The position numbers and the translations under genes were made by a program. A stretch of 64,000 nucleotides of DNA from Salisapilia sapeloensis CBS 127946 (lineage: Eukaryota > Protista > Oomycota), in contig JAADVB010000024.1 of assembly GCA_023334545.1 (NCBI GenBank), positions 1 through 64,000 on the forward strand, given 5' to 3'. The notes below the pieces were generated by a model. The model worked only from the letters and a program-made list of their open reading frames with translations. It did not search any database and had not been told where the DNA came from. This document shows positions 21,701 through 32,600 of the stretch, piece by piece; within the stretch, counting starts at the first letter, position 1, and every line of letters starts with the position of its first letter.

Positions 21701-22584
21701 GTCAGGTGGAAGACCTGATTTCCACTGATATCAAGTGGAAAGGGAGTAACTCGGTGAAGACCGTGACGATCCCAACGGCTCCCGAGTTCCCGGACGATAC
21801 GGGGTACATCGACTTGGGTAGAATCATGCGTGGCGAGTCGACAACCTTTAAGCTTCCTTTGAACGCAACGTGGTTGATCAACCACAATTGGATCAACTAC
21901 GAGACACAGATGACGGAAACTGTGACGTACATTAACAAGATCACACTCATACTGCCGCCAAAGTATACGACGATGGATGAAGACGTCTCAATTACACTTA
22001 CGTCACAAGGTGTGACGGACCTTGGGCCTGCTGTCGATAAGCCTCGCTACTTCCAGCTCCTGCCGATTACATATGAGACTATTTACTCGAGTAGCAAATG
22101 CTCTGCCGATAACGTTCATCTGAGCCCGTATGCTGCGTGTGGAGCGCCAATTAATCCGATTTGTGTTGAGCAGGATGGTGATGCGGATATAAGCGATGGA
22201 GGTACGAAGGCAACTATCTTCACGGAGTTCAACGTCACTGCAGTTATCAAAACGCCAAGCTCGAATGCTCAAGTCTTGGCATATGATGGTCTCACGAGTC
22301 CGCTTCAGCTACGAGCCAACGTGTCGCTCCAGACATATTCTCTATCTGGGGATCCGGACTCTACGAGCTCAAGTATTAATGACAAAGCTATGTTTGAGTC
22401 GGCGTGGACACCGAGTCGATTGGAGAAAGGATCGACTTGCTGCGATGTCGGCGAATATGCTAGAGACTATGCGTCAGAGGATGTCGAGTGCAATCCATGT
22501 CCTGCAGGTAGCGACTCGCAACTTGGTCAGCTCTTCTGCGTTTCGAGATCACTTAGCAGGCTGGAATCGAAGGAAGCTGAGTAG
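18730..22584 (+). CDS. Large intronless secreted protein of unknown function (possible beta-trefoil-like N-domain, long helical/coiled-coil core, beta-rich C-domain, terminal Cys-rich module)
   Basis: 1284-aa ORF with N-terminal hydrophobic segment LGAAAILAITFATRAIFA. Terminal CCDVGEY...CNPCPAGSDSQLGQLFC resembles a GCC2/GCC3 (ephrin-receptor-like) repeat. No enzyme motif recognised. Confidence 0.8.
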   Translation: MPLHSCLSRTRRLGAAAILAITFATRAIFAETYLSLPSAFAPDSNQSDSMGDAFSSSGNSSDSSDLTDILSGWKLATSTTDLKNFLFDKSGGNPVSGTSLIALCTNHDGLEKQACLVPNGDNLMEEKEGIPSESYFEPNQETKKTFSFRTEKKEGGKYLTVDKKTRMVKLGDGDDAAAFQIYTKDDSMILSFDGLYLCASFMDGNLGLSPFLVSRSLFQSWSVKDKDGQEIVDGLNKDILEDRAESDSSPTFAAYDLALVGVTGNDASSLKLPSGITGADLAIMFDDAIYMISRDPLLEKYEEEYETFSKSFASKVDIYSLVKDSDVAEAWESFIGYTDKTKSEMPDLQENIRAIVLANAIIQDIEQGTDIFDGADPAIALKAYFAASCNLAYMAGSDVSLSELVSRVEVPSSLENASTIMESRLPNGQSWVSPFINHNVKNLRASPTNVFPEIALLKHLDAKWLSDNTGIGVSLSMFVFNQASEAMEKDDIQSAVSYFADNDVQYMLGAAGSVCDSDTTFSFCEMIPAGDVASNALNFLNGTAKDDFIVDLRSVVKYDNLKEISRGYKDDLVAEVLKSISDASLNMSVMYENMTSDVTQTYVETQVESMKKTSKVARNAASAMYNQSKTAAEFSASVDFSYIDQVFNASQAYAEGAQDEVAVLKESVKSIIASAKTIQGINLGLDIFTGALDLASIAVSKSSRLTKAISTKPKPGESTGSSRQPTNGEKLTDKADTVNGLVTKAKDIIAGGMTMGQLNYLEAVMASTIPTIETLDKNITEYFDKMETLINATGKVMESEDESEIRGYNAKLRAAWDDMGRLALSSVITTLENNIDYVISTGCDLTERPTIQVCIEAKQQAKKVCQYMSQAVDAIKGGYLAALDIWGSKESLLDAMERQESLLKQVDEVDNTVDKIVENWDTDQDGRMKFAAQLEQQRAYQNAVYTYMSIATDVSRQKFFYLTCALLWYTTPERVPEPCQDVFEHRRLSDSQVEDLISTDIKWKGSNSVKTVTIPTAPEFPDDTGYIDLGRIMRGESTTFKLPLNATWLINHNWINYETQMTETVTYINKITLILPPKYTTMDEDVSITLTSQGVTDLGPAVDKPRYFQLLPITYETIYSSSKCSADNVHLSPYAACGAPINPICVEQDGDADISDGGTKATIFTEFNVTAVIKTPSSNAQVLAYDGLTSPLQLRANVSLQTYSLSGDPDSTSSSINDKAMFESAWTPSRLEKGSTCCDVGEYARDYASEDVECNPCPAGSDSQLGQLFCVSRSLSRLESKEAE

Positions 22585-23478
22585 CTGGGATTCGACGTGA
22601 CATACAACGTGCGGGAAGAGATCTTGGTCGTTAACAATCGTCACATGAGTGTGGTTGAACATTGATCTTGCGTCCGGCCGGGACGATTATCTGATCGTTC
22701 TGCAGGAATTGCATGATTTTAATCAGAAAAAGAAGAAATTATGAGATGCAAGGAATCAATTGGATTAATTTGCATTGTACTTAAAGCCTTGTAGCGATAC
22801 TTTTTCAATCCAAACACCAATAGCGATGCATTACTACGTGAACATTCACCAATAGGTAAAGTACAGACTAGGCGCCACGAATGGTGTCATATCGGATCTG
22901 TGGTAGCTTTTAGATTGCATGGGAAAGACTCGACCATCTGCATCTCAAACAGTACCTCTCGACGAAGTAACTACCCGAAGGCAATTGACAACGCATATGA
23001 CAACAGGTATGGATCGCAAGTCATTCGAAAATTCACAAAGTTCAGCTATAATCGATCCACTCGCGGAAAGGCAGCATCCTTGATCAGAATGCACGCGACA
23101 CGGTAATTTCGCTATGTTGTTCAGAGGTAGACGGTACCGGAGTGAACAAAAGGATCAGATTAATCGCCAGCTGGTCAACGCAAGTTGAAGATGTCATCCA
23201 TGAATAGGTTCAAGTTGCCCTGATTGCACGTACTTTCCCCGTCTCTTGCACACGATTTGCGATATTCAGACGCCGCACATGGCTACCTTCATACAAAAGA
23301 TCTGAGCAGGTAGTCACAGAAGCGATTGCGTCCGCCCGTTGATCCGGTTTCTACATGTCGGCTGTCTTCTTTGCTTCAAGGACGACGACAATAGCCCTCT
23401 GTGTGTGTGCATGCTTCTATAGCGCATCAGGGCGTTGCATTCGTTTGTACGGACGCACGAGCAAGCCGCCTTCCTTGC

Positions 23479-23494
23479 TCATTCTCATACTTGC
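23479..23494 (+). promoter_or_regulatory. INR(+FPR-like) core promoter of the GH3 gene
   Basis: (GC)TCATTCT + CA + TACTTGC, ending 30 nt upstream of ATG 23525. The INR match is exact; the FPR has two mismatches. Confidence 0.4.
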
Positions 23495-23524
23495 CACGCA
23501 GGACTCAAGTGACTTTCGGGCAAT

Positions 23525-26050
23525 ATGTTGACAAGTTGGACGACCGCAGTGTGCTACGCTGCATTCGCACTAAGCACCGCTTCTGTATCGCACGCCGAGG
23601 TTTTTAACAGTGGATGGACGCGTGGCGGCTGGCATGAGAACAATGGAGGCTGGTCTAACGATGGCGGTCTGGGAAAGAGCAAGTTCGGCTGGGGCCAAGG
23701 AGGTTCCCACGCTGGCTGGGATGGATCTCACAGCGGCTGGACCGGTGGCTGGGGTGAAGGACCCGATGACACGGACAGCGTCGACAAGCGAGCAAAGGAG
23801 ATCGTCGACGGTTTCTCCATCGACCAAGTTCTTGGTCAGATGACCCAAATCACACTCGATGAACTGGTCAACGGTCAAGAGCTGGATGAAGACAAGGTGC
23901 GCAAGTACGCCAAGCAGTTCGTCGGTTCGTACTTGAACACTGCTTGGGGCAACCCCAACAGCGAAGGACGGTACTCGTGGTCTGCAAAGGAATGGCGTGA
24001 CATCATTTCCCGCATCCAGCAGATTGCGATGGAGGAGAATGATGGCCATCCTATGATGTATGGTTTGGACTCGGTGCATGGAGCTAACTACGTCGAAGAC
24101 GCTGTCTACTTCCCTCAGCAGATCAACGGCGGTGCGTCCTTCAATCCGGATCTCGTTGCCGAGAGTGCTCGTATCACAGGCCGTGATACGGAAGCTGCTG
24201 GTATTCCTTGGATCTTTGGTCCGATCCTCGACCTTCACTACAACCCTCTGTGGTCGCGTACGTACGAGACGTTTGGTGAAGACCCGCACTTGAGTGGGGT
24301 CATGGGTGATGCCCTCGTCAGTGGCCTGCAGAGTAACAACGCCACGGCTGCTACCGTGAAGCACTTCATGGCTTACTCTGCCACAAACACTGGTCACGAC
24401 CGCACGGACGTGGTCATCTCGGACTTTGACTTGCTCAACAAGTTCTTGGTTGCCTATCGTGCTGGTATGGAGGCTGGTGCGTACTCTGTGATGGAATCGT
24501 ACAATTCGATTAACGGCGAACCAGTCGTCGTGAGCTGCAAAATCTTGCGCGACCTCATTCGTGATGACATGGGATACGAAGGTGTTATCGTCACTGACTG
24601 GGCGGAGATCAACAATGCGTTCTCTTTCCACCGAGTGGCATCTAGCGAAGCCGAAGCTGTGCGTATGGCTTTGACACGTACCTCGATCGATATGAGCATG
24701 GTGCCGTACAGCACTTCCTTCATCGATCATGCCAAGGAGATGCTCGAGTCGTACCCAGAGTACGAAGACCGTCTTCGCACGTCTGCCCAGCGTATTGTCA
24801 AGATGAAGCTCATGCTCGGACTATACGACGTTGGTGTTCCTGGTAATGACAACGTTGAGTTGGTTGGAAACGAGGATGATGAAGCCACCGCCCTAGCTTT
24901 GGCTCGCGAGTCCATCGTCCTCACTCAAAACAATGACAACGTCCTTCCGATTCCGGAAGGTTCTTCTGTCTTCCTCACTGGTCCAAGCGCCGACAACATC
25001 GGTCACCAGTGCGGTGGCTGGACGCTCCGCTGGCAGGGATACTCTGGTAACGAAATGTTTAAGCACGGTCAGTCCATCCGTCAAGCCATGGAAGGCATGA
25101 CGAACGGCACGGACGATGACGTTGCGTTTGAATACTTCAACGGCCTCGACGTCGATGGTTCATTCTCGGACGAGGACATGAATGCTGCGATGGAGAAGGC
25201 TCGTGCTTCCGAGTACACTGTCGCTGTGATCGGTGAAGGCCCATACGCTGAGAAGCAAGGTGACATTAACGAACTTGACTTGCCTTACGGCCAGATCGAG
25301 TACGTTCAGAAGCTCGCGTCCACGGGTACCAAGGTCATTGTCGTCTACCTCGGTGGTCGCCCACGCCTTCTTCAGGGTCTTCCAGCAAGCGTCCATGGTT
25401 TCATTTACGGAATGCTTCCGTGTGAGTTCGGTGGACAAGCCATTGCGGAGATCTTGTACGGTGAAACGAACCCGAGTGGTAAGATGCCGATTACGTACCC
25501 GAAGGACTCCGGTAACGTTTTGATCCACTACAACCACCGTGTCACGGCGCAGTGCGCGAACGGATACTGTGAAAACGAGTGGGACTTTGGTCACGGACTT
25601 AGCTACACGTCGTTCGATTACTCGGACGTCTCCCTCAGCCAGAGCGAGGTGAGCAGCAAAGATGATAAGATCACAGCCAAGGTGACGGTGACGAACAGTG
25701 GTGACCGCACCGGCAAGGAGACAGTCATGCTCTTCCTCACGCAGCCGTACCGCTCCATCTCTGTTCCTGAAGTCAAGCTCCTGAAGAAGTTCGCCAAGAT
25801 CGAATTGGGCCCGGGTGAGTCCCAGGATGTCGAGTTTGAGCTCACGTTCGAGGACTGGAGTGTCTTTGACCCGCAGATCGGAAACGGATTCAAGCGTGTG
25901 ACGGAAGACGGAGACTTCGTCGTCGCCTTCAAGGCAGACACGGACTGCGATGTGTACAACGAGGTGAACAACCCGCTCTGCGCTGTCTTTAAGGTGTCCC
26001 AGATTCAGAAGCCGTTCGATATCATGCAAGAAGTCAAGAGCTACAACTAA
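23525..26050 (+). CDS. Secreted glycoside hydrolase family 3 beta-glucosidase with Gly/Trp-rich N-terminal extension and C-terminal Fn3-like domain
   Basis: Signal peptide. GH3 motifs GLDSVHG, WSRTYETFGEDP, VKHF, VMESYNSING, VTDW (nucleophile Asp), ARESIVL, NPSGKMPITYP, FGHGLSYT. Confidence 0.95.
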   Translation: MLTSWTTAVCYAAFALSTASVSHAEVFNSGWTRGGWHENNGGWSNDGGLGKSKFGWGQGGSHAGWDGSHSGWTGGWGEGPDDTDSVDKRAKEIVDGFSIDQVLGQMTQITLDELVNGQELDEDKVRKYAKQFVGSYLNTAWGNPNSEGRYSWSAKEWRDIISRIQQIAMEENDGHPMMYGLDSVHGANYVEDAVYFPQQINGGASFNPDLVAESARITGRDTEAAGIPWIFGPILDLHYNPLWSRTYETFGEDPHLSGVMGDALVSGLQSNNATAATVKHFMAYSATNTGHDRTDVVISDFDLLNKFLVAYRAGMEAGAYSVMESYNSINGEPVVVSCKILRDLIRDDMGYEGVIVTDWAEINNAFSFHRVASSEAEAVRMALTRTSIDMSMVPYSTSFIDHAKEMLESYPEYEDRLRTSAQRIVKMKLMLGLYDVGVPGNDNVELVGNEDDEATALALARESIVLTQNNDNVLPIPEGSSVFLTGPSADNIGHQCGGWTLRWQGYSGNEMFKHGQSIRQAMEGMTNGTDDDVAFEYFNGLDVDGSFSDEDMNAAMEKARASEYTVAVIGEGPYAEKQGDINELDLPYGQIEYVQKLASTGTKVIVVYLGGRPRLLQGLPASVHGFIYGMLPCEFGGQAIAEILYGETNPSGKMPITYPKDSGNVLIHYNHRVTAQCANGYCENEWDFGHGLSYTSFDYSDVSLSQSEVSSKDDKITAKVTVTNSGDRTGKETVMLFLTQPYRSISVPEVKLLKKFAKIELGPGESQDVEFELTFEDWSVFDPQIGNGFKRVTEDGDFVVAFKADTDCDVYNEVNNPLCAVFKVSQIQKPFDIMQEVKSYN

Positions 26051-26502
26051 GAGTGATTTGACACACCTTGTACGTCAAAGGGGCGATGGTGTACGATGAG
26101 ACTAATCGTGTGCCTTCAATTTTGCGTGTAAAGCACTTAAGAGATAGATGCTGGAGGAAAACGAAAGCATATCTACATGCTTGAATACATTTCATTTGTC
26201 ATTTTGAAACTGCCTAAAAGATGGACGTGTCCATTTTGTCGTGCAGACTAGTTTATACAACAGCACATTGAGAAAACGCAACCGGCAGATTGAAAATCCA
26301 AGCCGTTTAGTGCTTACAAAGCTTGCATTTACACAGCAGAATTCTTAAATTAATATCACTAGTAGCACATGGAAAGATGCATCAGGCATAAGTTACTGGT
26401 AAGGACATGACCTTTGTAGTGCACCAAAAATCTCTGTCTATAATCTTTATCGAAAAAGAAATTGGCGCAAAAGTTAGATGTTGTCGTGGATACTGCGGCT
26501 TG

Positions 26503-27518
26503 TCACGATATCGAACAAGAAGGAGCAGCTGCAGCTTGTTCACCGGTAGTGGAATTAAAGTTGACCGTCTTTTGCTCGTACCTGTGCACAAGATCGCTTG
26601 TCAGTATATAATTAATACTCTTTCAATCGCTTCAATCACTTACAATTCAGCCATCTTCCGTTTCTTCAGTGCCATAGAGGTAATGCAAGTAAAAGCGTCC
26701 TCAACTCTAGTTCCGTCCTTTGCACTTGTTTCAAAGTACTGGTTCGGCTATATTAAAATGTTGATATCAGATATCCAAAAGCATAGCCTCTAGTACGCTC
26801 TAGATATACGCACTTGATTTGGATATTTACTTCGAAACCATTTATCTGCCTTTTCTTCCGGCACATGACGTTCCTTCTTCTTGTCAGCTTTATTCCCGAG
26901 TACTACAGTCGGAAAGACTTCGATGTTGCGAAGTCCAGCTTGACTTGCTAATTCATCTCGCCAAACGTCCAACATGTCGAATGACTACGAAAGTAATCAG
27001 TTTTATAGCAATGAGCATGTGCAGAGAGTGCTTGATTCACTTCTTTTTTTGTGATGTCGTAAACCAGTACGCAAGCGTCAGCTCCACGATAAAAGGCAGT
27101 GCCTAGGTGGCGAACATGATCCCAACCTGCCGTATCCCACACCTAGAAAACCACATCAATTGCTTATAAAAATGATAAGCGATGAAAGCTTTTGTCGTGA
27201 TGTACGTACGTGCAGTATCACGGCTTTGCCATCGATCACAACTTCCTTGGTTAAAAAGTCGGCACCGACAGCAGGTTGATATTGACTAGCGAATCGCTTC
27301 TGTATGAACTGGCTGATCAACGACGTCTTGCCAACTCTACAAGTCGCAATATATCACTAAGTATTGGCACTTGCTTCTGTGTCATATTTAACACCAGGAA
27401 TTGCCCAAGCAATCGAGACTTGCAGCCATCTCAAGCGTATTCAAACATCTAGAACATACCCGCTATTTCCAAGGACGATAATTTTAATCGGTCTCTTCTT
27501 CGTGTGCTCTGCGACCAT
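26503..27518 (-). CDS. Atypical Rab7-like small GTPase (multi-exon)
   Basis: Spliced product MVAEHTKKRPIKIIVLGNSGVGKTSLISQF..YQPAVGADFLTKEV..VWDTAGWDHVRHLGTAFYRGADACVLVYD..VVLGNKAD..YFETSAK..PSCSIS*. G1, G4 and G5 are intact. FYRGAD, GADFLTK and FP.VVLGNK are Rab7-type motifs. Confidence 0.88.
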
Positions 27519-27903
27519 GTCAATAAGCAGATATGCGGGAGCGAGCTGCTGTACTCAGTCGTTTATCCTGATAGCTTGTCAATGCTTGTAGAAAGGGTGT
27601 AGCCATATCATAGATGCATATAGACAGGTATATACAGTACCTAGAAAGCTTGGGAAACATGCACGCAATTGATTCCTTTAACTTCTAGAGACTACTAGAG
27701 ACTACTTGATAATGTTGAGTTGATATGGCAGTAGTGTAGATATCGTTTATATCGATATAGATCGAGTGAAAGGTAAGTATATAGTGACTATCTCAATGCA
27801 AGAGTTGCTGCATGCATTTACGAGCGAAAAGTAGGCGAACAGTCAAGTAAATGAAGTAGATTATGAATTCCCAATGCTAGCGTTAAAGCGTTTCAGGAAG
27901 CTT

Positions 27904-29447
27904 TTAACTCGTCTCGTCCTGGATACCCTGTTCTGTAATCGAGTACATTGCCTCGGCTTCTGGGAGGATGGGAGAGTCAATCACTTTCATAACTCGATTC
28001 TCTCCTCGTCCCTTCTTTAGTCGCAATCTTTTTTCAGGACAGCATGTCAGTATACAATTACAATTAGAGGTTCATGGATGTTAAAGCTACCTAGTGCAGG
28101 AAGCGTGTGCCATGATGTTGCCTCCAATAGGCTGCAACGGGTCTTTGGCAAAGATACCAGAGTCCGGATTCGCCGTCATCTATAGATTTCAGATGAATAA
28201 TCAATGTATAGATCGCAATGCACAATTGTGCTTACTTGGTTTGTGATGACGACGGCGACACCAAATTCATCGGCCATGCGTGTTAATGTGCGAAGGAATC
28301 TATCCATTCGCATGCATTTGTTAATGTACACAGATAACATACACCAGAGTCATAAATAACTACCTAGCAAGTTCCTGTTGTCTTGCAGCAAGTTCTCCAC
28401 GTCCAGAGTAGTCCGTGCGGAAAAGAGCAGTGGCGCTATCGACGACGATGAGGGCGTAGCGAGACTCGGACATCATGGCAGATGCCTGGACCAGGAGCTG
28501 ACTCTGATGCTCCGAATTGTACGCCCGTGCGAACGCAACATTATCCAGCACGCTCTCACCTGCCGTTACGTCAATTTCCAAAGCTTTAAACTTTATAGAG
28601 AAAAATGAAATACCATCTAAGCCGTAGCGTTCCGCAATGGATACTAGACGCTGAGGTCGGAAAGTGCCTTCTGTATCGATGAACAAGGCTTTTCCTTCTC
28701 CACCGCCTTGGTCTACTGGAAGCTGACATGTGACGCACAGCTGGTGGCAAAGTTGCGTTTTGCCTGTTCGGAACTCGCCAAAGAGTTCTGTAATTGATCC
28801 CGTTTCAAAGCCACCTAGTTTTGCGTATTTACTCTTTTAGTCGGTTGTTCGCACTAATTGAATTTGTAGGTGTGCACCTTTAAGCAGTTCATCGACGGCT
28901 GTAGACCCTGTCGAGAGCGAAATCATATCCTGCCGACTTTGCAGCACATCTGCCGCCTATAAGCAATATAAATACATGAGCTAAATGCAAAAGGACTGTG
29001 AATGAAGTACGCACTGTTGTAAATCCGATATTGACGATATCACGTGCTGCCTTGACAATCTTATCTGCTTTGGCTTCACTGATGCCCTTGATCGTCAAAA
29101 GCTGTTTCTTTGTCGTCATTGCGACCTACAGAATGCAATTAGACACATATCCAAATATAACTATATCCATTTTCCTTAAGAAAGCACTAAGGTAGACAAA
29201 GACCATGTTCCACGTACCGCGTCAACAGTATACAATCCAGCATCACGGAGTTTATTCACGTCCGAAGCATTGATACCAGATTGCTCAAGCGTATTAACCA
29301 GCTTGGGTCCTTCCTACAGCACATTATTCGTCACAATGAAAAAGTTGCAGTTGACTCGAATCTTGCAGAAGCGCTTACAAGCTGATAGTGCGCCTCCTCC
29401 CCATTCAATTCTTCCTCCACATGCCCAGCCTCCATCATTTCAGCCAT
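27904..29447 (-). CDS. RAD51: DNA recombinase RAD51 (multi-exon)
   Basis: Exons encode [96 protein letters not shown]. The SATAL/RTDY residues favour RAD51 over DMC1. Confidence 0.95.
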
Positions 29448-29694
29448 GTTTACTAGTGGTTCTACTGCCCGCGCAACGAAATGCCGAGGTACAACGCTCT
29501 GCTCGACTTGGCGCGCTTTTCAACTTTGTGATGTCGGACCGAGACCAGAAAGGTAGCAGCTGAACATACTTTAATCCAGTTTAATATACCCATACAAAAA
29601 ACTAGTATCGTGTATCGTCACAGCTTTGGCAACGTGTGTGGATCTTCAAGGGCAGCATAGGAGTTTCACCCCACCTCTTAGTGCCAACAGTGCC

Positions 29695-32600
29695 ATGGCG
29701 ACGGTAAATGCAATAGATGATAGCCATTTTGAACTTCAGAGCATTGATGAAGAGGATTTTGATGTGATGGAGTTGTGTCGAGAAGCTGATGAGCTTTATA
29801 CGATGATTGTATGTGACCTTGAGAAGGAGTATTACGAAGGAAGTGGGACGATATCGATCGCGACAACTCACCAAGTACTTGAACAGTGGACACTAGCTGG
29901 TGAGAAGTATGCAAAAGCTGTCAAGTGCCATGTGAATCAAGGAACAGACAAGGCGAAAATACAGAGTCGCTTTGGATACTCACTCTTCGCATTCGGTACC
30001 CAACTTTTGAAACATCTCACGTCCGTTTACACGTACGAAGAATACTTTGGTATCGTCAACGCTCGGGTGTATACTGTTGCAGCAGATATGTGGACACAGG
30101 GCATGGATAAACTTCCTATGTCAATGGCATTCGAGTCCTTCTTTCTGTCAAGTAAAGTATTAACGCAAGCTCTTGACATTTGGTCTGAGCAATTGCCATC
30201 TAGAAAGGAGTCAGATGAAGTAGAGCCACAGACTAGCACGAACGATGGAGAGAACAAAGAGTACCTACATCTAAATGAAACAAGTCGTCCAAACAACAGC
30301 GAGGACATTCAAGATTATTCCGCGAAGTATGTGGAAACCGCTCTCTTCTTAGCAAAATGCTATGCAGCTTGTGGAGATCTTCTAACACATAATACATTCC
30401 AAACGTATGAAGATCAGCTAGCTCAAAAGATAGAGAAAGATCAATTGTATGGCCAAGAAAAGAAGTGCGATTCATCGCCGCAGGTCCTCCATTTTGATCG
30501 TGAGATTACGTCGGCGTCCTCTCCAGGCACGTTCTTCAATGAGGCCAGAAAGTTATATGTCTACACGTTGGATCACTTCTTGCCAAACAATAGTTATAAA
30601 CTCTCCAACCCAAGTGTTGAGTTATCAAAGACCTTGTTTAAACTGTCAAGTCTTGTACCAAGAGGTAGCACCGTCATGAAGAAACTTCTTGCCGACTCAT
30701 TGGAAGCACTTAGTAATAACAAACAAACCAGCAAGTTACTAGACTCGAAAGCGGACAAAGATAAGCTTCTTGCTTACTTGAAATCAATCACATCCATTCG
30801 ATGTAATGTCTTTCGGACCGAGGGAGATAGGACAGACTTTGCTTCAGCTCCAAACTGCTCCGGAAAAGAAGCATTTGCTTCTTTCTATCAATTCCTCTTT
30901 ATGGAAGCAATTAGAGAAGTCGATACAAACGCATCTAGACTATTTGACATAGACAAGCTTTCCAAACTAAATGATAACTGTGGACAAGAAGTTGTATCAG
31001 AGAGTACAATGAAATGGCTGATTGAAACATTTGATAGTGAGGATGAATATCTGACGGAAAAAGGAGTCTTTGATTACTTTGCATGGTTTGCAGAAGCGGA
31101 CCCTGTGGGATTTTGCCAAACACTACATGCGTTCATGGAAAGACAATCGGGAGAAGATATAGGTGACAGTGCTATCGACATAATTCATCGCCTCAGTACG
31201 AAAAAGATGCGTCAGTCTCATGCTAGCAAGGTACACCTGTATCTCGATTCTATCACTTAAGCATTGACTGATTTATAAACATTTGATAGTGGCTAATGGA
31301 CTCTGCACTAATTCAAAGCCGAAAAAATTCACGAGGTACTCCCATCGCAGAACATCTTGTTGTTTTAAGCGGTGAAGTGTCCTTGGATGGAGCTCAGGCA
31401 CTCACTTCAACTCGATCTCCGTCAGATGTCCGTCTGGACTCTATCACAATTAATGAGCTCCCTTCAGAGCATGGTACGCCAGAAGAAATGGCAAAGTTTT
31501 GTTTTCCCAATGGCATTCGCTTTCTGGAAGCAGATATATCGCCATCCACTTTTGATCTAGTTCTTACAGGTAGAGAAACGTATCTAATATATAATATATA
31601 ATGAGTCTAAGATGATGACAACATGAGTAGATGTGGCCGGTACGCAGCTTTTTGGATCTTGTCTTCGGTTTGCAGAAGCGATGGATACAATGGATGTACT
31701 AGATATGATTGAGAGTCAATCAGATGAAACTATACCATCCTTACCGAAATGGTTAAAGCTTCGAAACGTTATTACTAATCAGGAGGAGGGAAGCTCGTGG
31801 GAATGCTACTTGCCGAAGTGCATATGTCTATTGTCAAAGTTCCCGATCTTTCGCGTCCTTCAATCTGCATTGGTACAGTTGTATCGACTATCGACATCGT
31901 CATTTCCAGCACTCAAGCGTGAAGCATATTTGTTCAACTTATTGGAGGACATTCCTATGCCAAGTCCAACGGCGGATCAAATTCGATTTACTTTGGCTGA
32001 TAAATTGGAGATCTTGTCAAGTTACCATAAAGGAAGCAGTATCTCCTCATCGGTAGACTTTGACTTTACCCTCCTTTTTCAGTGTCTCAGCTCTGAAAAC
32101 ATTCTCAAGGTAAAGCCTTGACTCAGTCATCACACTAGAACTTTTGCTCAGCGTTTTTTGTATCTCATAGGTTTACGCTTTACTTTTAACAGAGAAGAAA
32201 ATTGTGTTGTGTTCGGCCAAGCCTGCTTTACTAACACCCATTTGTGAGACCTTTCGAGCTCTTATTAAACCATTCGAATGCCGATTAGTCTACATTCCAG
32301 TTCTTCCGATGGTAAGTTCTTCATAGCGTTGATGTAAAGCTATATGATCATATCTAACCATTAAAATACATGTAGAGCTTACTCGACTTTACCTCCTCGC
32401 CAGTACCCTTCTTTATGGGGATACCATGTGAACGTCGTCTTGAAAGACTCACGTCGGACGGTGTCACGGTTGTCGACCTTGACACGAACGAAATCTTCCT
32501 GCCACAAAATGAATATTGTCCTACCCTTCCTGAAAACAAAGGAAAGAAGTTGCTCCTTTCATTGCGTAAAGTTGTTGGCTGGTGTGCGAGTCAGCGTTCC

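Noticed and set aside
23570-26029. Long antisense ORFs (386 aa and 289 aa) opposite the GH3 gene
   Set aside because: Expected shadow ORFs of a GC-rich, codon-biased gene; no coding signature of their own.
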